A DNA stretch of 64,000 nt, taken from Vitrella brassicaformis CCMP3155 (lineage: Eukaryota; Protista; Chromerida). The translations under genes were made by a program, and so were the position numbers. Numbering within the stretch: position 1 is the stretch's first letter; each line of letters begins with the position of its first letter. Location of the stretch: assembly GCA_001179505.1 (NCBI GenBank), contig CDMY01000781.1, forward strand, positions 203,451 through 267,450. The letters run 5' to 3'. The notes beneath the pieces are model-generated. The model worked only from the letters and a program-made list of their open reading frames with translations. It had not been told where the DNA came from and ran no database searches. Of this stretch, positions 46,101-58,205 are shown one piece after another.

Positions 46101-49100
46101 CATAGCAGCCAGTGTGGAAGACGACTCGGAGAGGTCAAAGGTATCAGACAGAGGAGGGCTGCGACGGTCGAATGGCACTGCTGCAGGTGGAGTTCGAGGA
46201 GACACGGCTGCTCGGCTGGTTGTGTGGGGTGGGCGCTCCTGGTCGGATACAGTGTGGACAGGGCTTGTTGAAGGGGACTCTCGGGGCGATAGGCTGACTT
46301 TTGATGAGCCTCTGGGGGAGGATTCCTTGGACAGTGGACGCCCGCTGACAGATGCCGGGCGAGACGGTCGCCTGAGCGAGGAGTGTCGACGGGTTGTGCG
46401 GACAGGCTGCGCCGGAGCGACAGGCGTTGACATGTCGACTGCAACACAAGCCGCCACAAACCCATTGTGTTGCTCTTCGTCCGTGGAAAGATGCAGCGCT
46501 TACTGAGGCCATCGGCTTCCAGCCTCTTTATGAAGGAGTCGGCCTCTTTTTTCTTGTGCTGTTGGAGCTTCTCGCGCGTCTTCTGGCTGATGTGCGCAGG
46601 GAAGAAGGTCTCCTGTCTTGGAGTGAATGGCCACTGGTACTCATCAGGGCGTGGAGAGCCCTGATACAAGCAGAGGCACACACTGTGAACAGGCACGTAG
46701 CCGGTCCACAACACTCCATGGTACCGCTCGTGGACTGGTCGGCCTGTGAGAGGGTCAACAAGCAGAAGGATTGCTTTTGAATCTCTTGTGGCGCTGAGCT
46801 CTGTGTCTTCCTCTCACATGAGGCTGTAGCGCCGTCTCTTCTCTTCATCCAATACATCAGAGATCGGCAGTCCTTGAAAGAGCAACGTTTTTGTCTCCTC
46901 GATCAGATCCTGCAGACATAAGAAGACACGATCACGGTGCAATCATTTATGTTCTTGTGAGTCATTCCTTCTCACTCGAACAAGGATTGGGTCGCTGAGT
47001 TGCTCGGCGTCTTCGCGATAGTATCTCAAGGGGATCAGACGCATTGAAGGATCCTACACACACGAAAAGGCGATTGCTGCGAGAAATAGCACAAATTGAT
47101 TCACGCTACGCATGTACCAGCCACGTAATGAGGGTGTTTTCTTGCTTGTCCTCTGTCTCCACCGTCTTGACCGGCGCCCATCCCCCAGGTAGCGTCGGCA
47201 ACGCTGGGCCAGGTGGCGTCTTTTCACGCGACTGCACCCCGGTGGCAGGCTCTGGGCTTGTCTGTGTCTCTCGATCCGCCAGGCTAAGCTCGACGTCACG
47301 ATCAACCTCTGCAGCGACGGTCGCCATCTCGGTATCGAGAATAGCTGGTGCTGCAGGTGTCTCCGCGGCCGGAGATGGCTGCACTGCGGCTTCTGCCTTC
47401 GGTGCCGTATCGAGGACGCTGCTTCCTTCATCCTGCTTCTCGAGCTCGTTCTCGATGAGCTGTTCTATCTTATCGCGATCAACCTTCTTCCGCATCTTCT
47501 TGAGCAGCTTGGTTACAAGGAGATTGCACTTGCCTCGCGTCTTCTCGAGCTCCCGCTTCAAGAACGACTGCAGGGTCCGCAGCCGGTAAGCCTCACGCTC
47601 CGTCTCCTGCCAGACAACGCAGCCACAGAATGACTTGACAAGGGGATTGCGTCCTTTTTCCTTACCTTGAGTTTGTCTCGGACGGCTGCCGGCAGATTCT
47701 CCTCTGTCACTTGCTGCTCACCCGCATCTGCTGTCCCCGCCGAGCCTTTCAGCTCTTGTCCCTCCACCTGGCTGCCCTGCTCAGAAGCTGCAACCAACAA
47801 AAGAATCAGATACGGCCACCCAGCCGAAACGACCCTACTTGATTTTCTCCTCGGTGGCACAATGAGGGTCTGCGTCTCGGCATCGGCCGATGCTGACGGC
47901 TTCTCTGCAATAAATCCAAGAATGTCTGCACTCGAGCTGACGCATCGTTCCTGATGTGTCCCGGCTCACCTGGCGGCGGAGTGGGAGGTTTCGCAGCTTG
48001 CTCTGCTTGCTTTCTAGCTGCGTCCGCCAAAAGCTGGCGATAACAATAACGTTTACCGAGAGAAAGAGAGAGAGAAAGAATACGCATTGTGTCTCTGCCT
48101 ATACACCTGTTCCTTCCGGGCCAGCTCGTCTTCAAGCTCCTTGATCTGAAACGACGGCAAGGGAATACAAACATGTCAAGTTCTTCTGTACCACAAGTGT
48201 CACCTTGTGGTCCATCTCGGCGTTCACTTTCTCCGTGATTTCAAGCTTGACCTGCAACAGCCACATGACAGCGCTTCCCACATTTCTTCGACATCTCATC
48301 TCATCACCTGTGTGTCGTGCAGAGAGCCTTGAAGCCCTGCCACTTTCGACCTGGAGCAGACATTCCGAAGTGATTTGAGAGACGCACGGCTCATTCCTCC
48401 GCTCACTTGACTGTCATCAGCTCTGTCTCCTCCGAGAGGTTCTCTCCCCTCTGCAGGTGAGGAGCGCACGATCGCCAGTAGAGACCCACCCGTGTCTCCG
48501 TCATGCGGTCGGCTTACCTTGAGCTTCAGGTCTTGGAGGAATTTGTTGCATGCAATCTCCCAGGCAGGCTTCTTCGCAGAACTCTGGACGTTGACAATAT
48601 ACGAGGTACACAAATGGCGATGAACAGTGTGCTGTCCCTGTCTACCTCGGCCATATACAGAGTGTTGAGGATGCCCTCCAGAGACATCCTCCCGGCGATC
48701 TGGCGTAGGCGGGCGGAGGCCCCCAGCTCGCTGTAACACGAAGCCCGCCACGAGGGCGAAGGAGAGCACATTCAATACTGCTGGTGTGCGTTCTACCTGT
48801 CTCCTATGTGGGCGAGGTCATAACGGAGGTCCGCATTCACCTGCCGCAACTCACCCAGCTGGGAGGCATATACGCCCTCTATCTGCAGGGCGAAAGACAG
48901 AACAAAGGCATATGTATCCAGCTGCTATCAGTGAGACTTTCGTGTCTCACCTCTAAGATCTTCATATTGAATAGCTCGACAGTGACGTTGTCCACGTACC
49001 TGACAAAGCAAGGGAGCCACATCACGCATCACTTTCTTTGCAGAACGACAAGTCTTGTGGATTCACTTGGACGGATCGAAGTAGTACACTAACACACACA

Positions 49101-49931
49101 CATCGGAGACACGCGTTTTCCACAGAGACCAGGGCAGTTGGCTCACCCTCATTCGGATCAAATTCTTCACTGTTCGACTTCGCAATGCCCTTCCTGTACA
49201 CCTAGATGGTGAACACACAACCATCAATGGCCAATAAGATCCCATACGAACAGCTGATCCACGCCCCTGACCATCTCTCGAAGGTGCAGCAGCTCCTTGA
49301 AGTAAGCCTCTCGCAGTCTCTTCAACACATACGTCAGGTTGTCAACTTTTCGGCACAGCACAGCGATGGCTCGATGCATGGCGTGAACGGCACGCACGCT
49401 CACCACCTGAACAGACACGCGAGCCACGTGCATCGTGCGTAATCACGTCAAGGCGGTTGAGAGTCAGGTGTCTGACAATTCGCGGCCGCTCTTGGATGAA
49501 CAGAGGGTCCTCAAAGACAAGTTCACTCTTCGGCTCTGTGAGAATGCCATCCCACATGAGAGCACTTCATCAGAGGGCTTCAATCTCCATCCACTCACCT
49601 TCTTCCCTCCAGTATGAGATTTCCAACGGTAGAGGGGCCTCGAAATCATCCTTGCGCTGCATTCAAGGAGCACATGCACTCATGTCGAGCCCCGAACCTT
49701 GTGTATACATACCTTCTGATAGATGTCGAGGAGCGCCTCGCTGTTGAGGTTCTTCGGATCGGTCAAATCAACGACACTCGTGTCCGTCAAGAAAGCACTG
49801 TCCTCGGTTGGCACGACGACCCTTTTGCCCTGTCTTCGGGCAACACCTGACATGAGCGACATGGTCAGCGTCTTGTCATCTTCGCCAGCAGCGCTGCGGC
49901 GATGGCGATAGAAGATGTCAGGATCAGCCAT
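43121..49931 (-). CDS. Very large hypothetical protein with N-terminal coiled-coil/helical exons and a long Pro/Ala/Ser-rich disordered C-terminal half
   Basis: Begins MADPDIFYRH (or ATG 50015). Helical exons include LKRLREAYFKELLHLREM and LKRELEKTRGKCNLLVTKLLKK. The splice into the 44664-46430 exon was checked in frame. Long exons 43121-44246 follow. Confidence 0.55.
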
Positions 49932-50347
49932 CGCAGAAAAGCGTGCGCCAAACAGGGGATGGTTGAAAACAATCGCTAGCGCAAAAAGGCCTGCATAGCG
50001 CTCGAAATACCGCAAAGGCTTCTTTCGAAGACGGGACGGGAGGGAAGGAAAATTCGAGCTCGCGTTCGCAGACCGTTTAAGTCCAACCGTCGACCGGCTC
50101 TCGCTTGAGGCCTATTCAGCAGAGATTGATCCTTTTCTCAATGACACACAACGTGGTCTAAAGGATCAATCTCGGCGAACAGGTCTGCAGGCAAGGCAAG
50201 CCGAGGCCTGTACATAGAAGCATGAAAGTGTCGTCAACTCGCTGCCGAAGAGCAACATGCACTCCCGCACCCCTCGTCTCAACACAGCAGCGAAAAAATC
50301 CCCCTCTCACTTCATTTGTCAGACTCGCATGAAGATAGATGGATAAG

Positions 50348-52050
50348 TCATTTCCTCCGCCTTTTGACCTTCCTCCTCCGTGTCCCCTGCTTTGTGCCAG
50401 CCCCGACAGCTCCTTTCTTCTCCTCTGCCTTGTCGCCCTTCCTGGCGATGAAGTTGCGCGGGAAGGCCGTCTTGGTGAGGCCCTCCAGGAACAGATTGAT
50501 GATCTCACTCTCGCCAAACAGCGGCTTCAGCAGGGGCCTGTCGTCGCCGTCATAGCGCGACACTCGAAGCGTGGGGCTGCCGGTGCCCGCACCCTCCAGA
50601 GCAAACCTGAGGAAGAACAGGAGCGGAAACAATTCATGAGCGCTGATGTTTGTCTGCTTGTCTGTGTGCCTTACTTGAGATATCCCTCTGTAAATGCGTT
50701 GAAGCTCTCGTCAAGATACTCCCACACCATGGCCACGCTGTCCGCCTTCCTCTCTATCGCCGTCGGCCGCGCACCGACGGACCGCCTGGATGCAGTCGCA
50801 GCCCCGATGGCTTCCCTGCCCCACTCCTCGCGAACCCATGCCAAGAACGCCTCGGGTCTCTCAGCTTTGGCCAGATCCATCACCAGCACGTCGCACGCAT
50901 ACTTGTCGTCCAGCCGCGATAGCTGCTCCTGCCACACATAGTCTGAGGGAGGGGTGGGGTCCTCGAGGGAGAAGACCGTCACGTCAAGAGCCGCCTCGCC
51001 GTCACCCCCATATTCGACGCTGTCGAGGTTCTCCAGACACTGGACGGCCGCCTTGGCCACCTGGTCGCGCCGCGTGACAGTCTCTCCCGTGACCTTGCCC
51101 AAGGAGACAGTGCGGCTCATGCGCACACCTTGCTTGACGTAAAACTCGTCCAGCTGAGGGGCACGGAGTGGGCCAGAGAGGAACGGAGTCGGCTCGCCCA
51201 GGCCTCCGATTAGCCTCCCGTAGCGCACGATGACAGGACGGATAGAGGGCTTGGACGACACATACTTGGAGATGACCTGGTCGAGTGGGTCTTGCTTTCG
51301 CTTGAGCATCTTGAGCAGGCCGCCCTTGTATCCCGTTTCCCCCGACTGCGGGACGGTGGCAACAACGCTCTTGAGTGAAGACGCTTGCGACAAAATGGAA
51401 GACGTCAGCGAGTCCCACTGGATCTGAAGATACCGACAAAGGCATCCATTAGTATCGCATGTGTGTGACCACTTGGGGACGCTTTCTTGCCTGACCTGGT
51501 CTTCGATCTCTTCTTCAAGCTCTTCCTCCAGCAGGAGGGCATCGGCCGCTTGCGCCTTGCCCGTCTGCATTGCCCTTATCCGCTCCTCTGTCCTGAGCCG
51601 CCGCGACTTCATCTCACTCCCGTCATCAGGCGACACGAGCAACACATCCGCCGTCTTGATGCCGTCCACCAGCTGCTGCGGCACGCTGTCACTCAATAGA
51701 TCAACCACAGCCACGTCGGCCTTCTGCTTGAGCGTGTCCAGTGCATCATGTCCAAGGGGCTGAGTGGACTCGCTTTGGTGCAGGAAGGCCCGCACCGAGT
51801 ATGACGGATTCTCCGCCAGCTGAAGCGCCAGGAGGCGGCCGATGCCGCCCACCTCCCCGCACACTACTGCTGAGGTCTTCGAGTCGGCCATCTGCAGTCG
51901 TGACGATGAATAGAGAGGACGAACGGGCCTTCGTTGCGGCATCGACTGAGAGAGGGGGGGCAGTCGATGGAAGGCATGCGTCACGGGAAGCACGACCAGT
52001 GCCAGGAAGATCCGCGGCCAGCGCCTTCGCCAGCTCTCCCAGTCTGACAT
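50348..52050 (-). CDS. Plastid-targeted NAD(P)-binding Rossmann-fold protein (atypical SDR/NmrA-like) with an extra C-terminal domain
   Basis: Signal peptide IFLALVVLPVTHA followed by Phe (FHRLPP...) and an S/R/P-rich transit. Then AVVCGEVGGIGRLLALQL (GxxGxxG) and VIVRYGRLIGG. The last exon is 50348-50607. Confidence 0.75.
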
Positions 52051-52110
52051 CGTTTTGCCCTCGACTCGCCGAGGTCGTGAGATGGTATGAAGCTGCTCAG
52101 ATCCCTCCTC

Positions 52111-52136
52111 GCAAACCCTAACCCTGCGGGGTTTGC
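52111..52136. promoter_or_regulatory. Inverted GCAAACCC...GGGTTTGC repeat containing AAACCCTAACCCT (telo-box-like) in a divergent spacer
   Basis: Perfect 8-bp arms at 52111-52118 and 52129-52136 with a 10-nt spacer. The regulatory role is inference. Confidence 0.35.
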
Positions 52137-52143
52137 CTCCGAG

Positions 52144-53780
52144 ATGGCGGGGCTCTGTTTTCTTCGCTGTTCGCTGACTCGCATCCTCCCGGCCATGGAT
52201 CTCCCACCGCCTTCGTTCATGCACGTTCGCCAGCTCCACCGAGCATCGACAGTGCCTCAGAAGGCAGCAGCCTCCCTGCCAGTGTCACACGGACGCGCAG
52301 CCGTCAGGCAGCTCCGCGCAAAGCCGCAGAGAAGGAGCAGGTCAGCTTGCTGCCAAACAACACAAACAGATAGCAGCAACATTCATTGTCTTGTGTTCAG
52401 TGACCAGCTGGCTGCCTCCTCTTCTCCACTGGCATCTGCCGTCCCAATGCCGGCCCCTCCTAATGCCTCTGAGTTTGCCGACGTGACCCGTCGTCGCAAT
52501 GACTTCCACCGCAAGATGTGGAGGAGTCTGCATCGCAAGAGGTGGGATGCCTTCGAGGAGGGGCTGGAGGCGCTCGTGGGGTCGGGGCTGCCCATGGACG
52601 AGGTCTCATTCACCCTGGCGCTACACGGATGCATCATGTCCAAGAAACACCGGAGCGAAGAGGTCAGACAGTCAGGCGCACAAATGGATGGATGGCAGGA
52701 GTGACTGGCTATGTCGGTGCTCGCTTGTTCGGTGTCAGGCATGGGACGTGTTGCAGCAGATGGAGGAGGCACATGTGCACCCCACTCTTGTGAGGTTCAA
52801 CAAGGTCAGCCACGGGGAATCGAGTAGCGTCGACACACGGGCCAACGTATTCGCCCCTTGCCTGTTCTGTACCTGTCTGCAGCGGCTTGTGGCATCGTTC
52901 TTTGAGCTGTCACAGTATGACGCAGCCCCCCATCCCATCCTCTGGCGCAAGGTCCTCAGATCTGCTTGGTGAGATACCACCACGCTGACCCACGAAACAG
53001 ACACTCACTCACACACCAGTTCGTCGTCCCCTGGCTGTGTGTGCAGGTTCGTGGCCGCGAGTGTGCGTGCTCGGCGCCAGCGAGCCATCATGTACAGAGC
53101 AGAGCAGCTTCGAGAGGCGGTGAGCACCTGTCTACGCCCATCCACCAACCCTCTCGCGACACAGTGTTGCCCCTTTCTTGCTTGCTTCAGGGTGTGCCTG
53201 AGAGCGAGTTGCCCGACCCCCACTCCCTAGCTGCTTTGTGGTACGGCCCCACCGACCCCCTCCTCACCCCACTAGCACAGGCACAGGCGCTCACACTCGA
53301 CGACCAAGCGGCCAGCAGCACCACCAGCATCCAGGGGGGCCAGGCACTGCCGTTCGCATCAACACGTCGTGGTGTGGAGGTGCTTGCTGGGGAGACAGGG
53401 GACTCCGTCGGCATGAGAAGCCACCCGAACGAGATGTGGAGCGTCACCAGAGGTGAGACAGATGAGAGGGGATCAGCACGTCAGGACGGCCTCACTGCTC
53501 TGCCGCTGTGTGGTCTGTATCCGTGCATTCAGGTCGCGTGTCGCCGTTTGCCGCTCTGGTGCATCGTGGCATTCCCCTTGACAGCATCGATGGACCTCCT
53601 CTGCTCGATCGTGAGCCCAGGCAGAGAAGACGCTCCAAGGACAAGCCGCCTGCCGAGGAGCCTGTCGCTGATGAGCAGCAGGGCGCTGTCACTCCAGCCC
53701 CCAGCAAGAGGCGTCGATTCTATTTCGACAAGCAAGGGAATCCACGTGTGGAGGGATGGGATGCGCCTGAGGGGCAGTGA
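52144..53780 (+). CDS. Pentatricopeptide-repeat-like protein, probably mitochondrial
   Basis: Spliced core GLPMDEVSFTLALHGCIMSKKHRSEE|AWDVLQQMEEAHVHPTLVRFNK|RLVASFFEL fits the PPR consensus (PD.V.Y..LI..C....A..LF.EM...G..P). The N-terminus is R/S/L-rich. An alternative start lies at 52087. Confidence 0.6.
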
Positions 53781-54356
53781 GGGCCGCCCTTTTGCACATT
53801 GGTAGTAGTTGTGCGTCGTTCGTAACTGCTGCGGGGAGTGTACTTGGCCGGTTCGTCGGCCGTGCCTGAGTGGATTCGGCAACGACTGACGCAAATCAGT
53901 CAGAGCTGAATCATCTTTGGCTGGGGGACGGATCGGCCAAGAGCACTCCGCCATGCTGTGTCCTTATTGGTTGCACATGGGCGTTGATGTATTGCACAGA
54001 GGTCTGCTGTGTTGCATGACGGATTGGTGCACTACAGTACCTGTCTGGTCTCTTTCGTCGCTGTTGAGGAGTGATCATGGCCGATCCGTTGCCTCTTGCT
54101 GTGTGGATCTGGCTTGGACTGATAGAGATCAGTCGACGCAGGTCATGAAGCCAGACGGGACGGATAGGAGGCCAGGATCACTCAGCGCACGATCGTGGTG
54201 TATGCGACCGACTCGTGTGTACAGAACCACACAGATCGCATGATATGCCTTGAGCTGTCCCCTTTGATGCCATTGCCAACAGTTATCTTCACGACATACT
54301 CGACTGATATTCACCGTCCCAAAGCCTTACTTCAATGTCACAACAGCACGGCCTCA

Positions 54357-55628
54357 TCACACACGTCTCCAGGGCTCCTGTCTCTGTATACTCATTCGCA
54401 GTGACGCCCTCCTGGGGCTGACTTGCGAGTAGGTGAAGCCGTCAGACGCGGCCTCGGCATACACCTTACGCACAATCCCGCGACTTGCATGACGGTGTGT
54501 CGCGTGTTTATAGACACTGTCGAGCACAGAAGACACCACCCCTTCCGGCAGCTCCTCAGACCGCCTGTAATGAGTACCAGCAGCTGAGGTGGGTGCTGTG
54601 TGGCTGGTGTCGTCTGTCGCATGGACACGCCGAAGGGAAGAGACACGCTCGTGTGGTGGAGGCTCTTCTGGTGGCGCTGACGTCTCGTGTTGCGGCTGCT
54701 GCTGCTGCTGCTGTTCCACTGCCTCCTCGCGCGTCAGGATCTTTCCCTGACTTGCCATTGCCACATCAGCCGGAGACACCGCTTCAGACGCAGCCTTGGT
54801 CCAGTCTTCATCCCCTGGCATGTCACCTTTCTCCCCCACCGCCACACGCGCGTCTCCAACTGGCTCGGCCAGGGCCAATGCACTGAATCCTCCATCGTCA
54901 GCGGCTGCTTTAGCTCCTGTCTCCCTCTCCCTCTTGCCCCGGCGTATTGTGCCTCCTCGAGTGTGGTCGGTCTTCCTCTTGCCGTTGTTAATCAGCTCCA
55001 TTGTCCCCTCAGCGGGGACAGCATTGAACACACGCCTTCTTCTCTGCTGTTTCCATCTCGGCTTTGGGGATGTGGGTGGGATAGGATGGTGCGTCACTTC
55101 TCGGCCTCGTTCGTCCCGCGGTGCGTGGTGGAAGGCAAGGATCTCGAGAGTGCAATGGTCGTCCGGCAGAGTGACATCGATAGAGCGGCGGACCACATGA
55201 CGCCCAGGTCTTCTTCTCTCAATCGTCACGGTGGCCGAGTTCAAGTTGGACTCTTCAACAGGTGCTTGATGAGCTGTGCATGATGTCTCTGTGACAAAGA
55301 TGACTGCATCAACAAGATGAAAGAGCCCCTGTTCTTGCAGCCACGAGATTGGCACACAACTGAGCAGCCTCTGCAGTGGAAAGAGGAGGAAATCCCCAGA
55401 CCATGACATGCACAGCTGGTTGCATGCACAGCTTCCGCCAACCTGGAATTCGTTGCAGATGAGTGGGAGCTGTGATTGGATGTCGGATGAGTAGGGTACC
55501 ATCACCAGCGTGGACAGCATGTCGCAACACAAACGCTGAAGTTCCCCACGAAGCCCAAATTGATCTCTTCCACCATTGGCTCTTGCACTGTCGAAGCGGT
55601 GGGGCATAGGATGCCATGCCGTCTGCAT
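54357..55628 (-). CDS. Hypothetical protein; 3' end uncertain
   Basis: Open frame from M(QTAWHP)MPHRFDS with an in-frame intron (about 55375-55434), a helical N-terminal part, a disordered middle and a small helical C-terminal part. Confidence 0.45.
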   Translation of the reverse strand: MQTAWHPMPHRFDSARANGGRDQFGLRGELQRLCCDMLSTLVMVPYSSDIQSQLPLICNEFQVGGSCACNQLCMSWSGDFLLFPLQRLLSCVPISWLQEQGLFHLVDAVIFVTETSCTAHQAPVEESNLNSATVTIERRRPGRHVVRRSIDVTLPDDHCTLEILAFHHAPRDERGREVTHHPIPPTSPKPRWKQQRRRRVFNAVPAEGTMELINNGKRKTDHTRGGTIRRGKRERETGAKAAADDGGFSALALAEPVGDARVAVGEKGDMPGDEDWTKAASEAVSPADVAMASQGKILTREEAVEQQQQQQPQHETSAPPEEPPPHERVSSLRRVHATDDTSHTAPTSAAGTHYRRSEELPEGVVSSVLDSVYKHATHRHASRGIVRKVYAEAASDGFTYSQVSPRRASLRMSIQRQEPWRRV

Positions 55629-55850
55629 TGAAGTCACACTGGTCTGCGGCAGATCAGGCGGACGGCCAGGGCGGCGAAAGCGAGCCTTCCATCTCAAGTC
55701 GATCCTGTGGAGGCCCAGCCGAAAGAAAAGGAAAGGCCCTCTGGGCCTGATTTGAGGGCTGTTTGATCCCACAGAGGCAAGGTCCAGCACTATCAATCGG
55801 CCCCCGAGACTGGACAAGACGGGGCGTGAGACAGAGAGTGCGACGGCGAC

Positions 55851-57850
55851 ATGGTATTCAGCTTCCTGCTGTTCCCGAGCCCTCCGTGCACCTACGATGA
55901 ATACAGCGACAACATCGTGTGGATCCCCGCTGGCTGCCGCGACCCCCGCGAGTGCTCTGCCGCCGATGTGCTGCCGTGCCTCTGGCTGCCGTTCCCCAAC
56001 GCACGATACGTGATGGTCTACTTGCACGCGAACGCTGAGGTAAGCGGACGCACATATCCACACTGCAAAAGCGACGAGCGGGTGTATGGCTGTCTATATC
56101 CTGCCTGCAGGACCTTGGGTCGTGCCGCAAGTTTTGTACGCTGCTGCATGACTGTTTCGGCGTGAATGTGTTGGCGGTCGAGTACCCCGGGTACGGGCTG
56201 GCGTATGGGCAGGCCACGGAGGAGAGCGTGGAGGCCGCCACCAGGGGTGTGTACGACTACGTGACGCATACGCTTCACTGGGCCCCGGAGGACATCATAG
56301 TCGTCGGACGCTCCATTGGTGTGCCTCGTCTCTGAGGACGAAAGACCCATCTGCAATAAGCGCTGTCGCCCTTCCTCCTTGTGTTGTCAGGTTCGGGTCC
56401 AGCGGTGTCGATTGCGTGTGAGGCGGCCCGTCGCGGCAGCCACTTGGCGGGTCTGGTGCTGATAGCGGCCTTCACGTCCATCCGCGATGTGGTGCGGGGC
56501 ATCGCACCGTGGGCTGCTCGTTTCATGCCCGACTACTTCCCAAACAAAGACAAGATGCACCAGGTAGGAGTGAGGCAGGCAGGCAGGCAGGGAGGCTCAA
56601 ATGGACCTCTACTGTGTCTTTGTGGCCTGTCTTGCAGGTGTCGTGTGGCGTGGTGTGTGTGCATGGGACAGAGGACAGGATCATCCCGTTGGTAGGAGAC
56701 AGGGAATACCAAGAGAGTGCTCGTGTGTCTCCTGTGTGTGACCTTTCATTTTATTGCGTTGTCAGGCGCATAGTGTGGAGTTGTTTAATCTGTGTGGGAA
56801 CCCCGACAAGATGTTTCTGCCCATTCATGGAGGCGACCACAACGGCACCGTATTCAAAGATAACCATGAGTTCGTCTTGCCTATGATCAATGTACGACGG
56901 CCAGCCAGGCCACTCAGGAAAGAAACCGCCCCACATGTCACACCACGGACTCTTTCCCACTTTTTTCTGTCTGCTGTCGTGTTGCATGCCATGCAGTACT
57001 TGAGTGCTCATGGGCGTCGGTCGTTTCGCACTTCCATGCAGGAGAAGCGTCTCCACCGATACAACTACTGCCACCCCGACAACTGGCCCTCACTCACACC
57101 TGCCGCCTTTGACCTGTGGTCGCGCAACCACCGACTAGAGACACATCCACACCCTCTTCCCTTGTCCGTCCTTCTGTCTGCAGGGCTCCGAATCCCCCTA
57201 TCCTTCCGCCGCCCCAGCCTCAGTACGTGCCTCTGATGCCCCCGCCTGGTCTGGTCAACGACCCCTTCAGGACCAGAAGGGGTGTGGCCCACTTCCCCCC
57301 CTACCCCTACAACCACACACGGGTGGTCAACCGACACGTGAACCCATCGCACAGCAGCACCCTGAGGCCGCCCCCTCTCATGGGCGCCGCTGCCGGGACC
57401 TTCATGTCTCCCTCACTCGTCTGCCGCGACCCGCCGCTCATTCTCCCCAACAAGGGCGGCCAGAACAACACAGTGGAGCGGCGCGTCTTTGTGCAGAATT
57501 CGACGGCGTCCAACACACGGGCGTCGACGGCTGACTTCCCCCCGGGCAACATCATGGCGTCTCCCCGCTCAGGCGGAGGGGGCCCGCCCACTGCACGCGG
57601 CAGTGAGGCGGGCTCTGCGACACTGCGGCAGAGGCAGGGGTCTGTGGCTCCCTCGGCATTCGGCAACACACGTCTGTCTGCGCGTGGGGACGTCCCCTCC
57701 CTCTCACTCGCCGATGGGTCGTATGGCACGCCGATGCGCCACCGTCACCGTGGTGGAGTGGAGGGCGTCATGTCGATGAAGCACCTGAACCCTTCTATGG
57801 GTGGAACACTGCAGCTGGGGCAGACCAGGAAGGGACGCGCATCGGGATAG
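55851..57850 (+). CDS. Alpha/beta hydrolase, ABHD17/ABHD13-like serine hydrolase, with a disordered C-terminal tail
   Basis: YLHANAEDLG, NVLAVEYPGYG, nucleophile GRSIGSGPA, HGTED (Asp) and GGDHN (His) form a complete catalytic triad across spliced exons. Confidence 0.9.
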
Positions 57851-58205
57851 AAATGGCATAGCGTGGCGAGAAATGGTTTGGCTGGAGAGACTATGTGAAT
57901 GGATGGATGGATGGATGGGTGGCGTCTGTAGAGGGGGAAGAAGAGACACTTTCGTTTCGACTGAATGCACTGATTGGATGTGATGACGCCAAGCAAGTGC
58001 CGATCTCATGGATGGATCCAGCCATGCCATCCATCCATCCATCCACACAATTTGACAAAGTCAGATAGCTTTTCGTCACAAAATGGATGAACAAGTCAGT
58101 CAGTCAGTCAGTCACACACACACAGTCAGTCATTAATCCAATCGGCCACAACGACACAGCACAATGGCCCACATCACATGACCAAAGCCGCTGCCATCTT
58201 GCCCA

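Noticed and set aside
44955-46506. Long plus-strand ORFs (e.g. 45007-45939)
   Set aside because: Antisense shadows of the GC-rich, low-complexity exon of the minus-strand gene.
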